64,000 nucleotides of DNA, taken from NCBI GenBank assembly GCA_038248345.1, contig JBBRXO010000004.1, positions 1 through 64,000 on the forward strand. Reading direction: 5' to 3'. The translations under genes were made by a program, and so were the position numbers. Position 1 is the stretch's first letter, and every line of letters begins with the position of its first letter. This stretch comes from Armatimonadota bacterium (GTDB lineage: Bacteria; Armatimonadota; Hebobacteria; CAIYQO01). The notes below the pieces were generated by a model. The model saw nothing but the letters and a program-made list of their open reading frames with translations. It was not told the origin of the DNA and made no database searches. This document shows positions 41,412 to 51,900 of the stretch, piece after piece.

Positions 41412-42491
41412 ATGCCGAAATCAGTAATACCCTTTGGACCCCAGCATCCGGTACTGCCTGAACCATTGCAGCTGAAGCTGGTGCTGCAGGACGAGAAAGT
41501 AGTTGAGGCGATCCCTGCGATTGGCTATGTGCATCGCGGACTGGAGAAACTCACCGAGACGAAGGATATCCAACAAAATATCTTCGTTGTGGAACGCATC
41601 TGCGGTATCTGCAGCTTTATGCACGCCCTTGCCTATTGCCAGGGTATCGAAGAGTTGATGAATGTGCAGGTTCCTGACCGTGCACGTTATCTGCGTGTGG
41701 TATGGGGTGAACTTCACCGGACTCACAGCCACCTCCTCTGGTTGGGATTGCTCGCCGACTCCTTTGGCTTCGAGAGCCTCTTTATGCAAGCATGGCGTTG
41801 TCGAGAACGCGTGATGGATTTGATGGAGATGACCGCAGGAAGCCGCGTGATTATCTCCACTAATACTATCGGGGGCACGCGACGCGATATCGACCGTGAG
41901 ACCCTCGGACACATTATTTCCGAGGTAGATATCATCCAGGCTGAGTTAAAAGAATTCGAGCAAGTCTTCATGTATGACTATACTGTACAGCATCGCTTGC
42001 GGGGTGTGGGGGTATTGACGAAAGAAGATGCCTATAAACTAGGCGCAGTAGGGCCAGTAGGACGCGCCAGTGGTCTCGCACAGGATATGCGCAGTTCGCT
42101 CCGCTACGCGGCATATAACGAGCTGGATATTGAGCCAATCGTGGAGACGGAAGGCGACAGCTATGCACGCACCATGGTGCGCATACGTGAGCTGCATCAA
42201 TCGGCAGACTTACTGCACCAGGTTTATGATAAGATTCCCGATGGTGAGATTGCTGTTCCAGTGAAAGGATTCCCCACCGGTGAAGTCATCTCACGTGTGG
42301 AGCAACCACGTGGTGAGGTGCTCTACTATCTAAAAGCCAATGGCACCAAAAACCTGGAGCGGGTGCGGGTACGTACCCCTACCTTCGCCAATATTCCTCC
42401 GCTGATGCACATGTTACCCGGTAGTCTGTTATCAGATGTACCGGTACTCATTCTCTGCATCGACCCATGCATCAGTTGTACTGAGAGATAA
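41412..42491 (+). CDS. echE: Ech [NiFe] hydrogenase large subunit E
   Basis: FGPQHP, L1 RICGIC, L2 DPCISCTER with no C-terminal cleavage extension. Confidence 0.95.
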   Translation: MPKSVIPFGPQHPVLPEPLQLKLVLQDEKVVEAIPAIGYVHRGLEKLTETKDIQQNIFVVERICGICSFMHALAYCQGIEELMNVQVPDRARYLRVVWGELHRTHSHLLWLGLLADSFGFESLFMQAWRCRERVMDLMEMTAGSRVIISTNTIGGTRRDIDRETLGHIISEVDIIQAELKEFEQVFMYDYTVQHRLRGVGVLTKEDAYKLGAVGPVGRASGLAQDMRSSLRYAAYNELDIEPIVETEGDSYARTMVRIRELHQSADLLHQVYDKIPDGEIAVPVKGFPTGEVISRVEQPRGEVLYYLKANGTKNLERVRVRTPTFANIPPLMHMLPGSLLSDVPVLILCIDPCISCTER

Positions 42492-42503
42492 GGATCATCA
42501 GCC

Positions 42504-42896
42504 ATGTTTGACATGTTAGGAACCATATTTAAGAACCTGTTTACCGGTCCTGCTACGCGCATGTATCCGACTACCCCCCGCATACCGATGGCGGGGGCAC
42601 GTGGGCAACTGGCGGGTATCGATGCCGAACTCTGTATTTATTGCGGACTTTGTGAGCGAAAATGCCCAAGCAATTGCATCAAAGTGGACAAAGCGACCAA
42701 AACGTGGACGCTAGACCCCTATAAATGCGTTATCTGTAATGTCTGCGTGGAAGTATGCCCGAAGAAATGCATGACGATGGACGAGCAATACCGCGCCCCC
42801 GTCTACAAAAAAGAGAACCAGGTTCAGCAACAGCTACCCAAACCAGCAGAAGATGTAGTTATCTGCAATACCCCCCGCATTGCTGACGGTGAATAA
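42504..42896 (+). CDS. echF: Ech hydrogenase 2x[4Fe-4S] subunit F
   Basis: CIYCGLCERKCP and CVICNVCVEVCP. Confidence 0.92.
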   Translation: MFDMLGTIFKNLFTGPATRMYPTTPRIPMAGARGQLAGIDAELCIYCGLCERKCPSNCIKVDKATKTWTLDPYKCVICNVCVEVCPKKCMTMDEQYRAPVYKKENQVQQQLPKPAEDVVICNTPRIADGE

Positions 42897-42958
42897 TATC
42901 TTTCTCTAGGTTTCAAGCTACCCCTGATAACTGGAGACCAGGAATAAGGAACTCCCCT

Positions 42959-43300
42959 GTGCATGAACTTTCTGTCACGCAAAATATGCTGGAACTGGTG
43001 CTAACTGAGGCGGACAAAGCCGGAGCGGCGCGGATAACTTCTATCAAACTGGTCATCGGTGAGTTATCCTCGGTCATTGATGAATCTATCCAGCTTTACT
43101 TCGATATGCTCAGCGAGGGTACCAAGGCAGCGGGCGCGCATCTACACTTCCGCTACATCCCTGCTTCCCTTTCCTGCAGCACCTGTGGTAAGGATTTCCC
43201 CAAATCCGGCAGCGACTTCACCTGTCCGGAATGTGGCGGCTGGGCACGCTTAACCGGCGATGCCAAAGATTTCTATATCGACTCTATTGAGGTGGAATGA
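42959..43300 (+). CDS. hypA: Hydrogenase nickel metallochaperone HypA
   Basis: MHELS start (GTG), CSTC...CPEC. Confidence 0.94.
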   Translation: MHELSVTQNMLELVLTEADKAGAARITSIKLVIGELSSVIDESIQLYFDMLSEGTKAAGAHLHFRYIPASLSCSTCGKDFPKSGSDFTCPECGGWARLTGDAKDFYIDSIEVE

Positions 43301-43953
43301 TGTCCGTCACCATTAAAATGATGCAGAAGATCATGCGTAATAATAACGAAGTAGCTGCAGAAAATCGTGCCTATTTCCACGCGCATGGGCTAAAGACAAT
43401 CAACGTTATGGCCTCCCCAGGCGCGGGTAAAACGAGCGTCATTCTCGGCTTGATAGAACTTATGCGGGAGAAACTCAACGTCGCTGTCATCGAAGGCGAC
43501 ACCGCTGGGAGTATCGACGCCGAAAAGGTGAATGCCGCGGGCATCCCGGTAGTGCAGATCAACTCCGGCGGGCGCTGCCACCTGGACGCCCAGATTATCC
43601 GCGAAGCTGCGGAAGACCTGCAGGCCCAGACCGGCCTCCTGTTCATTGAAAACATCGGCAATCTTATCTGCCCCAGCACCTTCGACCTGGGCGAAGATGT
43701 GAAGATGGTTATTGCCAGTGTCCCGGAAGGCCATGACAAACCGTATAAATACCTGGCTATGTTCGAGGCAGCCGATATTATCGTGCTCAATAAGATCGAT
43801 CTGAAGCCCTACATTGACTTCGATGAGGAGGCCTTCCGCACGGGTATCGCGGCCATCAATACCAAAAAAGCCCCGCTTTTCACCGTCTCCTGCACGACGA
43901 AAAGCGGGCTTGCCGAACTGGCCGAATACTTAATGACGCAGAATCAGCGGTAG
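43297..43953 (+). CDS. hypB: Hydrogenase nickel incorporation GTPase HypB
   Basis: SPGAGKTS, VIEGD, CHLDA, ENIGNLICP, EGHDKPYKY, NKID. Confidence 0.94.
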   Translation: MMSVTIKMMQKIMRNNNEVAAENRAYFHAHGLKTINVMASPGAGKTSVILGLIELMREKLNVAVIEGDTAGSIDAEKVNAAGIPVVQINSGGRCHLDAQIIREAAEDLQAQTGLLFIENIGNLICPSTFDLGEDVKMVIASVPEGHDKPYKYLAMFEAADIIVLNKIDLKPYIDFDEEAFRTGIAAINTKKAPLFTVSCTTKSGLAELAEYLMTQNQR

Positions 43954-45212
43954 AAATCGATCCATGATACCGTGAAATCCTTAGTATCTCTAAGAATATC
44001 TGTCGGCAAGGTAACATCGAAAAAATCATCACCGGCATGTACTTTCAAACTGCTCTCATCGGTGATATCCAGCTGATTGGCCATGGCAATATTCTGTCGC
44101 ACAACATGGGTACCGCTGTTCACCTCTGCAGTGATGGTGCCCACTGATGATTTTATCGTAAAGTTCTCCATCCCTTTCAGGTGAAGGCGCAAAGTAAGCA
44201 GGGCTGGCCATTTCCCGTCAGGTACACTCACCATCATCCCGCCGATACCGCGCGGGCAAGTGACATCAATCATGCTGGCACCAAAATCCTGCTCTACCGT
44301 AGTCGTTGTGCCCGCTTTGGGGGTAACTGCCATATTCTGCTTCACCACTGCCGGACTGTGCATGGCATCGGGCCGTTTGGGGAAATAATCAAATGCTACA
44401 GTAGTGGCCAGCCGACCTACTGCGAATTTAAAATTCATGCGGGTTTTCAGGTCGCCTTTGGGCCAAGTGATATCCTTCAAGGTGAGTGCGTTGATGAGCC
44501 CGCTCAAACCTTCACCAGGATATAATTTCACTTCCGCTAATCCGCCGGGGATGGCGCGTGCAGGGAGCAGCGCTACTATATCCTGGTATAGTGTCACCAG
44601 GCTAGCATCCCAAAGAATCTCCTTGCCGTCTGTTAATAATTCAGGTACGGATACTACATCTTCGCTGTTATTAACGATACTCAAGCGAAAGAGCCCATCA
44701 CCTAGTGGGTTTTCTTTCGGTAGTACTACCTCCGGCATTATTGTTTCTACTGTCATTGCCAATCCGGCAGGATACGCAATCGGAGTTACCGCTTTCACTC
44801 TTCCTGGCCAAGGTGAGAGCGGCTTATCATCTTTCCACCCCCACCCTAGTGGCAACGACAACGCGCGTTTTGCAGCGGTAATATTCTCCGGTGTTGCGGG
44901 GAATATCTGCGTCAGTGCTATCTCCCCATTAAAATCGCGTTCCAACACCCCAATAATCGTCTTGTTTGTTGCCACCACGGCAGGATCATATACCGGGGCA
45001 CGAATGGCATAGATGCTCTCGGTGATCTCCCGGCTATCAAGTGACTTCAAATCCGCAAAAGAAACCTGCACGAAGCCGCCTCTGTTTGCTTTTACCAGAT
45101 CAATCATCCCGGTGAACGCGTAGTCAGCCCGGTTGGCGGCAGTGAAAACATCCGCTTGTGCATATCCTGCCAGGGCAGCGCTGCAGAACAACAGTAACAA
45201 TAAATATTTCAT
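43944..45212 (-). CDS. Secreted hypothetical protein (422 aa)
   Basis: Long ORF with signal peptide MKYLLLLLFCSAALAGYAQA; no motif recognised. Confidence 0.75.
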   Translation of the reverse strand: MKYLLLLLFCSAALAGYAQADVFTAANRADYAFTGMIDLVKANRGGFVQVSFADLKSLDSREITESIYAIRAPVYDPAVVATNKTIIGVLERDFNGEIALTQIFPATPENITAAKRALSLPLGWGWKDDKPLSPWPGRVKAVTPIAYPAGLAMTVETIMPEVVLPKENPLGDGLFRLSIVNNSEDVVSVPELLTDGKEILWDASLVTLYQDIVALLPARAIPGGLAEVKLYPGEGLSGLINALTLKDITWPKGDLKTRMNFKFAVGRLATTVAFDYFPKRPDAMHSPAVVKQNMAVTPKAGTTTTVEQDFGASMIDVTCPRGIGGMMVSVPDGKWPALLTLRLHLKGMENFTIKSSVGTITAEVNSGTHVVRQNIAMANQLDITDESSLKVHAGDDFFDVTLPTDILRDTKDFTVSWIDFYR

Positions 45213-45222
45213 TGGATCTCCT

Positions 45223-45807
45223 CTAAAAAATCAGGTCACAGGCATCTGCAGGCATCCAGTGCTGCTCCATCCCTTCCCATTTCACATTGCATCCCGCCGG
45301 GTTAGTCAACGGAGTGGTGATGGGTTTGCCCGCAGTAAGTTCCGCCAGCGCGTTATCCAGATCGTTTACCTTCACCTTCGTAGCATCAAAGGGGTTATCC
45401 ACGCCACGCCCGGTGTAGACGAGTTTGCGGTCACTATCAAAGACGAAAAAGTGCGGCGTGCGCAATGCGCCGTACGAAAGTGCAACTCGTTGTGCTTCAT
45501 CACGCAAATATAGCCACGGGTATTGCTCACGTTCCATGATAGGAATCATCTTTTTGAAAGAATCCTCGGCACTCACCAGGATGGTATTAGCATTTATCGC
45601 GACAAATTTCACTCCCGCATGGGCATATTTTTTCGCTGTTGCGCGGGTGCTACCATTGGAGCCAAGTACCGCCGGACAATGATTGCAAGTAAAAAATACC
45701 ACCAGTACCCGCGCATCGGCGAAATCGGCGAGTGAATAGCATCTACCGTCGGTGGCGGGTAAATAGAACTCCGGTGCAGTGGCACCGATCTGTAAAGTGA
45801 ATGACAT
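45223..45807 (-). CDS. Thioredoxin-fold AhpC/TSA-family protein
   Basis: [23 protein letters not shown]. Confidence 0.88.
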   Translation of the reverse strand: MSFTLQIGATAPEFYLPATDGRCYSLADFADARVLVVFFTCNHCPAVLGSNGSTRATAKKYAHAGVKFVAINANTILVSAEDSFKKMIPIMEREQYPWLYLRDEAQRVALSYGALRTPHFFVFDSDRKLVYTGRGVDNPFDATKVKVNDLDNALAELTAGKPITTPLTNPAGCNVKWEGMEQHWMPADACDLIF

Positions 45808-45826
45808 GGAAACCTCCTGCTAGAAA

Positions 45827-46330
45827 TTAATAGTTTGCTTTGAGCTCTGCTGTATAACATACTTCATCAGCAGAATTATTCATATAGAGCGTCTTCACAC
45901 TCTCAAACTCGGTAACAACATCATATTGCGTCACTGTAATAACCAAGAAAACGGTGTCTGCAGCGTTGACGAACTCTGTCAACTGTTCCTGCCTTTTAAT
46001 GAACGATGTACGTAACGCAGGATAGTCGCTCGCTTCCGCTTCAACTGCAATACCTTCAGCAGTCACTACGATTGTCGCAGTGAAGAATGTATCCGTATGC
46101 GAACGCGTATCCCAAAGAAACGCCACCTGTGGACTACTGGTAATTTCACGAAATTTCCGCGTGTCGCGCCGAGTAACCAGGACTATCTGTGACAGATCAT
46201 CCTTAATATCATAAGCCATTAAGCTGGCATAAGGTTTACCGTCCATTGTCGTGGCCAACACCCCCACACGCTGATTTGCGACCACGGCCAGAACTCTATT
46301 GAGTGTATTTTCAACGTCAATACTCATCAT
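45827..46330 (-). CDS. Pyridoxamine 5'-phosphate oxidase-like FMN-binding protein
   Basis: VGVLAT..GKPYASLMAY, TRRDTRK...PQVAFL; SD AAGGAG. Confidence 0.82.
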   Translation of the reverse strand: MMSIDVENTLNRVLAVVANQRVGVLATTMDGKPYASLMAYDIKDDLSQIVLVTRRDTRKFREITSSPQVAFLWDTRSHTDTFFTATIVVTAEGIAVEAEASDYPALRTSFIKRQEQLTEFVNAADTVFLVITVTQYDVVTEFESVKTLYMNNSADEVCYTAELKANY

Positions 46331-46437
46331 TTGTCTCCTTTGCACCATTGTGCGTATTGTATCACAATACGTCAATGGGTTTTGCGGTATCATTGTAGAG
46401 TAAAACACCAATAATATGGTAGATGTGAGGAAATACT

Positions 46438-47331
46438 ATGAAGACTGTTATTCTGGGAGCCGGTTGCTTTTGGGGCGTAGAAGCGGAATTCCGCGCAGTC
46501 ACTGGAGTTGTTGAAACTCGCGTTGGTTATACCGGGGGCGCCACTCCTAAACCTAGCTATGAGATGGTCTGCAGCGGCGCAACCGGGCATACAGAGGTGG
46601 TGGAGGTGAGCTACGACCCGGAGGTGGTGAGCTTTGACGAACTGCTGAAGGTATTCTGGGAGATACACAACCCAACGGCGGAACAAAAACGGCAGTACCG
46701 CTCTGCCATCTACTATAGCGATACCGAGCAACATGCCGAGGCGCTGGCACAGATCGTAAAGCTATCCGGCGAATACCGCGATCCAATTTTGACCGTGGTG
46801 TTGCCTGTCACCGAGTTCTACCCGGCGGAGGAGTACCATCAACAATACTACAAAAAGCATGGGGTGAGTGGCGGATGCGCGATAAATCACCCAAAGCTGC
46901 TGCGTATCTATAGTGTGGCGGCCAACGGATACATTGAGGTGGAGCCGATAGCAAAGAGTACGGCTGCATGGAAAGAGGCGCTGGATGCGGCCACCTTCGC
47001 CATCACGCGTAATGCTGGCACCGAGCCGCCGTTCGCCAATACCTACTGGGATAATCATACTCCGGGTATCTATCACTGCGCTAACTGCGATACTGACTTG
47101 TTTGATGCCAAGGATAAATTTGACAGCGGCACCGGCTGGCCCAGTTTCGCAGCGCCCATAGCAGTGGAGAATGTGAATACGGCTGCGGACACCAGCCTAG
47201 GGGTACTGCGGACGGAAGTGAAATGCCGCCGGTGTGGGGCGCATCTGGGCCACCTGTTCCCCGACGGCCCCGCGCCGACGGGACAGCGGTACTGCATGAA
47301 CAGTGGGGCGCTGGTATTTGAGGAGAAATGA
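46438..47331 (+). CDS. msrAB: Bifunctional methionine sulfoxide reductase MsrA-MsrB
   Basis: MsrA GAGCFWG, AEEYHQQY; MsrB GTEPPF, CANC/CRRC, SGTGWPSF, RYCMNS. Confidence 0.94.
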   Translation: MKTVILGAGCFWGVEAEFRAVTGVVETRVGYTGGATPKPSYEMVCSGATGHTEVVEVSYDPEVVSFDELLKVFWEIHNPTAEQKRQYRSAIYYSDTEQHAEALAQIVKLSGEYRDPILTVVLPVTEFYPAEEYHQQYYKKHGVSGGCAINHPKLLRIYSVAANGYIEVEPIAKSTAAWKEALDAATFAITRNAGTEPPFANTYWDNHTPGIYHCANCDTDLFDAKDKFDSGTGWPSFAAPIAVENVNTAADTSLGVLRTEVKCRRCGAHLGHLFPDGPAPTGQRYCMNSGALVFEEK

Positions 47332-47439
47332 ATATCACTTTGGCGCACGGCCTACAATTGATTCCAAAGTGACGATATATTTGTCCCCAACTGGAGCCTA
47401 ATCACCCGTTGGGATTACAAGTATTGGTAATATCCTCAC

Positions 47440-47453
47440 TTTTCCGCTATAAT
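47440..47453 (+). promoter_or_regulatory. -10 promoter element identical to that upstream of rnpB
   Basis: TTTTCCGCTATAAT at 47440-47453; the same 14-mer is at 60677-60690 upstream of rnpB. Confidence 0.6.
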
Positions 47454-47459
47454 GTAAAG

Positions 47460-47726
47460 CGATCCTCCTGTGTAGTACAGTGGGGTATCGAATCACCGGG
47501 AGGAAACCGACTGTGGCTGAGAAGAAAACATTGATGACCTGCGATGTGCAGGACTTTATCGCGGGGATGAACCCAAAGCGTGAGTGCAAGCGTAAAGGCT
47601 CCAGCACTGACCGCACGATCAAACAGCGCCAGAAAAAATCCGGCGCCTAGTGTCACCTGTATTGATCCCGGGGCACACGCTCCGGGTTTCGGTACTCACC
47701 TCTTTAACAGGTAATGAGGAGAGGAT
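47460..47726 (+). ncRNA. Candidate structured RNA or structured small-ORF mRNA, family unassigned
   Basis: Long-range pairing of 47467-47502 with 47680-47711, several internal helices, preceded by TATAAT. Confidence 0.45.
47513..47650 (+). CDS. 45-aa basic small protein (below the ORF-track cutoff)
   Basis: SD GGGAGG 47498-47503, GTG 47513, MAEKKTLMTCDVQDFIAGMNPKRECKRKGSSTDRTIKQRQKKSGA, TAG 47648-47650. Confidence 0.55.
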   Translation: MAEKKTLMTCDVQDFIAGMNPKRECKRKGSSTDRTIKQRQKKSGA

Positions 47727-47732
47727 ACTCCG

Positions 47733-48149
47733 ATGAGCGTCACACAATTATCCGTCTTCATTGAAAATAAGCCCGGCCGCCTGGCTGCCGCTACGCGCAT
47801 ACTGGGGCAGGCGGGGGTTAATATCCGCGGCTACAGCATCGCTGATACCGAGGATTACGGTATTCTGCGCTTGCTGGTAGACAAGGAACAGATAGCGCGT
47901 GAAGTCTTACGCGCAAACGATTTCACCGTACATGCCAGTGAGGTGCTCCTCGCTCGCGTCCCCGATCAACCGGGCGGTCTGGCAGACACGCTGGACGCAC
48001 TGGCGGCGCTGGATATAAACGTTGAGTACACCTACGCCACTGCCAATACCCTCATCGTTTTCGGCGTCAACCGCCGTCCCGATGCCGAGAAAGCGCTTTC
48101 CGAGATGGGCCTGCATATCTTCAGTAATGAAGAGCTGGCGCAACTGTAG
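47733..48149 (+). CDS. Tandem ACT-domain protein
   Basis: QLSVFIENKPGRL, IADTEDYGILRL, PDQPGGLA..L..L...INVEYTYA. Confidence 0.9.
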   Translation: MSVTQLSVFIENKPGRLAAATRILGQAGVNIRGYSIADTEDYGILRLLVDKEQIAREVLRANDFTVHASEVLLARVPDQPGGLADTLDALAALDINVEYTYATANTLIVFGVNRRPDAEKALSEMGLHIFSNEELAQL

Positions 48150-48152
48150 TAG

Positions 48153-48902
48153 TCATTTTCCGAGCAAACTGAAGTGCATGGGGTCGTGTGTTGTCCATAC
48201 CTGCCCCCACGTCCAGCCATGATTGGCGAAGATCTTTACCACCATCCCATCTGGAGCAAAGGATAGCGGGTCCCCGACGACAGGTCTGATGTCACCGGTA
48301 TAAGCCCAGATATCCTCATGCCCGGCAGGAGTATAGTGGTCGCCCACCAGTGGTTTATCGACATGCTGGCAATTCTCCACCGGGTTCAAATCTAATGCCG
48401 TACCAAGCGAGTGATGCGACATCTTCGCGGAGTTAGTAGTGGAAACCCGCCAACAGTAGCTTAACACCGTGCGGATACGCGGTTTCTCCGGTGCGGAATA
48501 TATCTCGTGGAAGATCACCTTCACTTCACCTACCAGGGCGCGGTGCACACAGAAAGTAAGTGTGCTTGATTTGCCATTTTTATCCCACACTGGCACAGTT
48601 ACCTCGACAAGGTATTTTTTTGCCTCAATATCCGACTTTGGTAAGCCATTGGGATAGAGCATTTTCGTCCGGTCAGCATTAGAAAAACTCGCAAACGGGG
48701 TCGAAGAGATCAGGGGTAACAGTGGAGATTTATTACCAAATAGTAAGCCCACCGACATTGTGAGTGGGAGCATGTTGATATCTGTGACGGAAGTTGCCGC
48801 TGGCGCAACGATCGAGGGCGCAGATGGCCCATAGACCTGTGCCTTGATGACAATAGCTAGATTGAATAACAGCAATAATATGATTAGCCGATGGTATTTC
48901 AT
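48153..48902 (-). CDS. M15-family metallopeptidase, secreted
   Basis: SHHSLGTALDLNP and DPMHF zinc motifs, WTWG; signal peptide from ATG 48902. Confidence 0.85.
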   Translation of the reverse strand: MKYHRLIILLLLFNLAIVIKAQVYGPSAPSIVAPAATSVTDINMLPLTMSVGLLFGNKSPLLPLISSTPFASFSNADRTKMLYPNGLPKSDIEAKKYLVEVTVPVWDKNGKSSTLTFCVHRALVGEVKVIFHEIYSAPEKPRIRTVLSYCWRVSTTNSAKMSHHSLGTALDLNPVENCQHVDKPLVGDHYTPAGHEDIWAYTGDIRPVVGDPLSFAPDGMVVKIFANHGWTWGQVWTTHDPMHFSLLGK

Positions 48903-48917
48903 TCGCCACCCACAACA

Positions 48918-48969
48918 GCAAAATCGTCTGCATCGGAGAGTCATTATTCTCCAATGCAGACGATTTTGC
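48918..48969. repeat. Long intergenic inverted repeat
   Basis: GCAAAATCGTCTGCAT / ATGCAGACGATTTTGC, 16 bp perfect, extended by GGAGA/TCTCC. Confidence 0.75.
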
Positions 48970-48998
48970 GCGATTATGAATATTTTGTCAATGCTCGC

Positions 48999-51900
48999 CT
49001 ATTTCGTAGCTTTCTCCGCCGCATCCGGCCCCGCCTGGTAATGTGTTTTCACTTGATCTGCACTGAGTATCACGTCATGAATAGCCGCCAACAGGAAGGT
49101 ACCCTGATAGGTTTTTGTGTTAGAATTGTTGCTTCCCAACAGCAGGGGCAAAGTACCTTTCCAGTTTTTTGCCTGCCAGGCAACATTCATTGTCCCGACA
49201 TTCACCCCATCACGATAGATTGTGGTTATTTTGTCATCAAAGGTAATGACAAAATGGTGTAATGACGTCCGATGGACGGTTAGTTCCTGCGTCCCCTGGA
49301 TAGGACCGGCAGCGGTTATAAAATTCATTCGAGTGCCTACTGCAAAATTTGTCTTGCCAAATTCTGATGGTGAACCCAGCGAGATAATGTTCGCCCCCCA
49401 GTCTGTAGTAAGCGGATACATCGTATCGGTATTCAACCAAAGTTCAATCGTTCCAGCATTAGTCTCACCGATCGAGAGTATCTTATCGAGCGGACTAAAA
49501 CTGGTGAGGGGCATCGTTTTTACCAGATGCAACCCTCTTCCTGGCAACCAGTTATATATCCCTCCGGCGGGGATCTGCAAGTCAACCGGGTTACCGACTT
49601 TGCTCAAATCATGTACGATGTCACCGCTTCCTTCATCAAACCGATAAAGCACCAATGCCATATTATCATCACGTTGCAACGCTGGCGCAAACACCGGCAC
49701 ATTCAGCTGAAATGGTGGTGAGGTATTTTCTCCATCAGTAGCAACTATGCTATACCAATGCGGCCCGGGAGCCGTCGGGGCGAACACCACTTTATTGCCG
49801 ATTACCACTGGCTCAGCTTTCTCCTCGGCGGGCACCTGATGTTTAATCACCTGCAGTGTCACTGGCTTCCCGGTGGTAGACCAACTATCGTAGAAGTCCA
49901 ATTCCAGCGGTGTGCCTACATTAACCCATTCCGGCAACTCACGCTGATTGAGTATCACCTGTGGTTCGGTGCGTGGTACCGGTGGTTTTGTGAAGAATAT
50001 CCGCGCACGCGCTACCGAGATACCATTATTCGTAGTCCAAATGGCAGGAATGCCCCCCGCTAACAGGGTGGGATCTGTGTAGATGAGCTTATTGTTCTCG
50101 GCGCTGAATGTCACTTGATTCCCATTTAATTGTAATTGAAGGTGCACCCAATCACGATGATTTGCCCAACGATTACTCATATTTGTAAGCGTACTGGCAA
50201 CCTCTACACCATCACGAAGAATGACCATACGTTTGCCAGGATTCCCCTGTAAATCAGGTGCCCCGAATATACCGGAATAGCCGGAACGAGGATTCTTCCC
50301 ATCTCCGCAGATGGCAATGCTTAGATCGCGATAACGATCTTCATACTGATCAATCTCGCGTGGGTATTCCATTTTAATCCCGACGAATGCCTCGAAAGTA
50401 TGGTTACCATTGAAGCGGTTCTTTTGCCACAAAGCCACATCTCCGCGCCCCCACCCGGCGAAGAACGACCACTGTGGACTACAAGCCCAGCGGGTCGTGG
50501 ATATCCAGGTGCCGTCATTTACCCAGTCCGCTGGTGCATCATCGAAGATGTAATCCAATACATTGTGACTCATCACTAACGGGTCTTTCAGGTTTTTCAA
50601 AAAGCAACCTGTAGCTCGATATGCCGGATGCACTCCCACCATCGGATTAGTATCAATTACCGCTAATACTTTGGTGCCATCCTGCTCCAGATATACTTTA
50701 TCCCCCATATGCCACAGGCGAAAATTGTATTCCTCGTTATTTACTAAGACATCACCGGTGGTGGTGGCCAACTGATCCATCCCCCGAAATAGTGTGTAAC
50801 TGGTACTAAGCCTGTCCGGGGCAATCACTACTAATGCACGATATCCACTATTTACATCTACACCATCGGTATTTAATGCCAGCAATAACTCATTAGGAAC
50901 AGTGGAATTCAAAATTACTTTGTTGGGTGCCTTTAACGCTGGATGCACTGTAGCGGATATCCACTGATCGCCCACCGTGTCCAAGCGATACACTTTGTGT
51001 GACGGATTGGTGTTTAACGGGAGCCAATCCTTCGGAGCTGACCATTGTTGTAAATGCCCAGCATTATCGTGACTGAATTTCTCGGTAATTTTCGCCAGTG
51101 CCATCTCAGCTTTAATATCGGTATTCAACGAATTACCATACACTGTAATATCATCAAACACTACACCAGCCGCACCTTCGGTATAGAGTCCCACCGCTCC
51201 GCGCCATGGTGATACCCCCGCCACACTGATGCGCTGCTGCCCGTCGATGAATACCCGCAGCCTTTCCGGGCGCGAATCTACGGCTATCTTCACCCATTTC
51301 TCCGGGATGAAGCCGCCCTGTACTTCTTTAATCGCGGTAAGTACACCATCATCATATTTATAAAGACCCAGCGTGTTGCCGACCGGACCGCGATCACTTG
51401 CCGCCGTCCACCGTAGCAACAACCCATGCTTTTCGTCTGTCATATTCACGACAATACCCAGCGAACAGCCCGGCATCGGGTGAGCTGCAACCGTCATGGT
51501 ATAATCTTCCCAGAAGTTATTGCCCGTCGTACACAAGGCTGCACCATTGGGATTGTTCCCTATCCATGCGAAAGGATTGGCGGCGAAATTGCTGAAGGAG
51601 TTTTTATTAGCGTTGCCGTGAGGATCATTGTCCCATGCGCTCTGTAAGGCCCATTTGCCACTCTGCACAGTCCACATATCGGGCTCTTTTGGAGTTCGCA
51701 TAAAGTTGTCGGCAAAGTCCACTGCACTTAGGCGTTGCAGTCTATTATTCGTCGCCATCCACCCCGCATCCAGCGTAATGCCTGCCTCCTTGCCCGGCGC
51801 TCGAGTCACCGTACCACTCCAGATAGCTGCCTCCGCTTGCTCCACCGATAACTCTTCACCGCGTCGCATGATAGAGAAACTAAAGGGTGCATCTGGTGCT

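Noticed and set aside
37672..42896. Complex I (nuo) or formate hydrogenlyase operon
   Set aside because: The large subunit has both Ni-binding CxxC motifs, and the six-gene order with hypAB matches Ech
47460..47726. T-box, SRP RNA, tmRNA or known riboswitch
   Set aside because: No T-box sequence, no SRP helix-8 motif, no tRNA-like ends, and no SAM/lysine/cobalamin/glycine/FMN consensus recognised by eye
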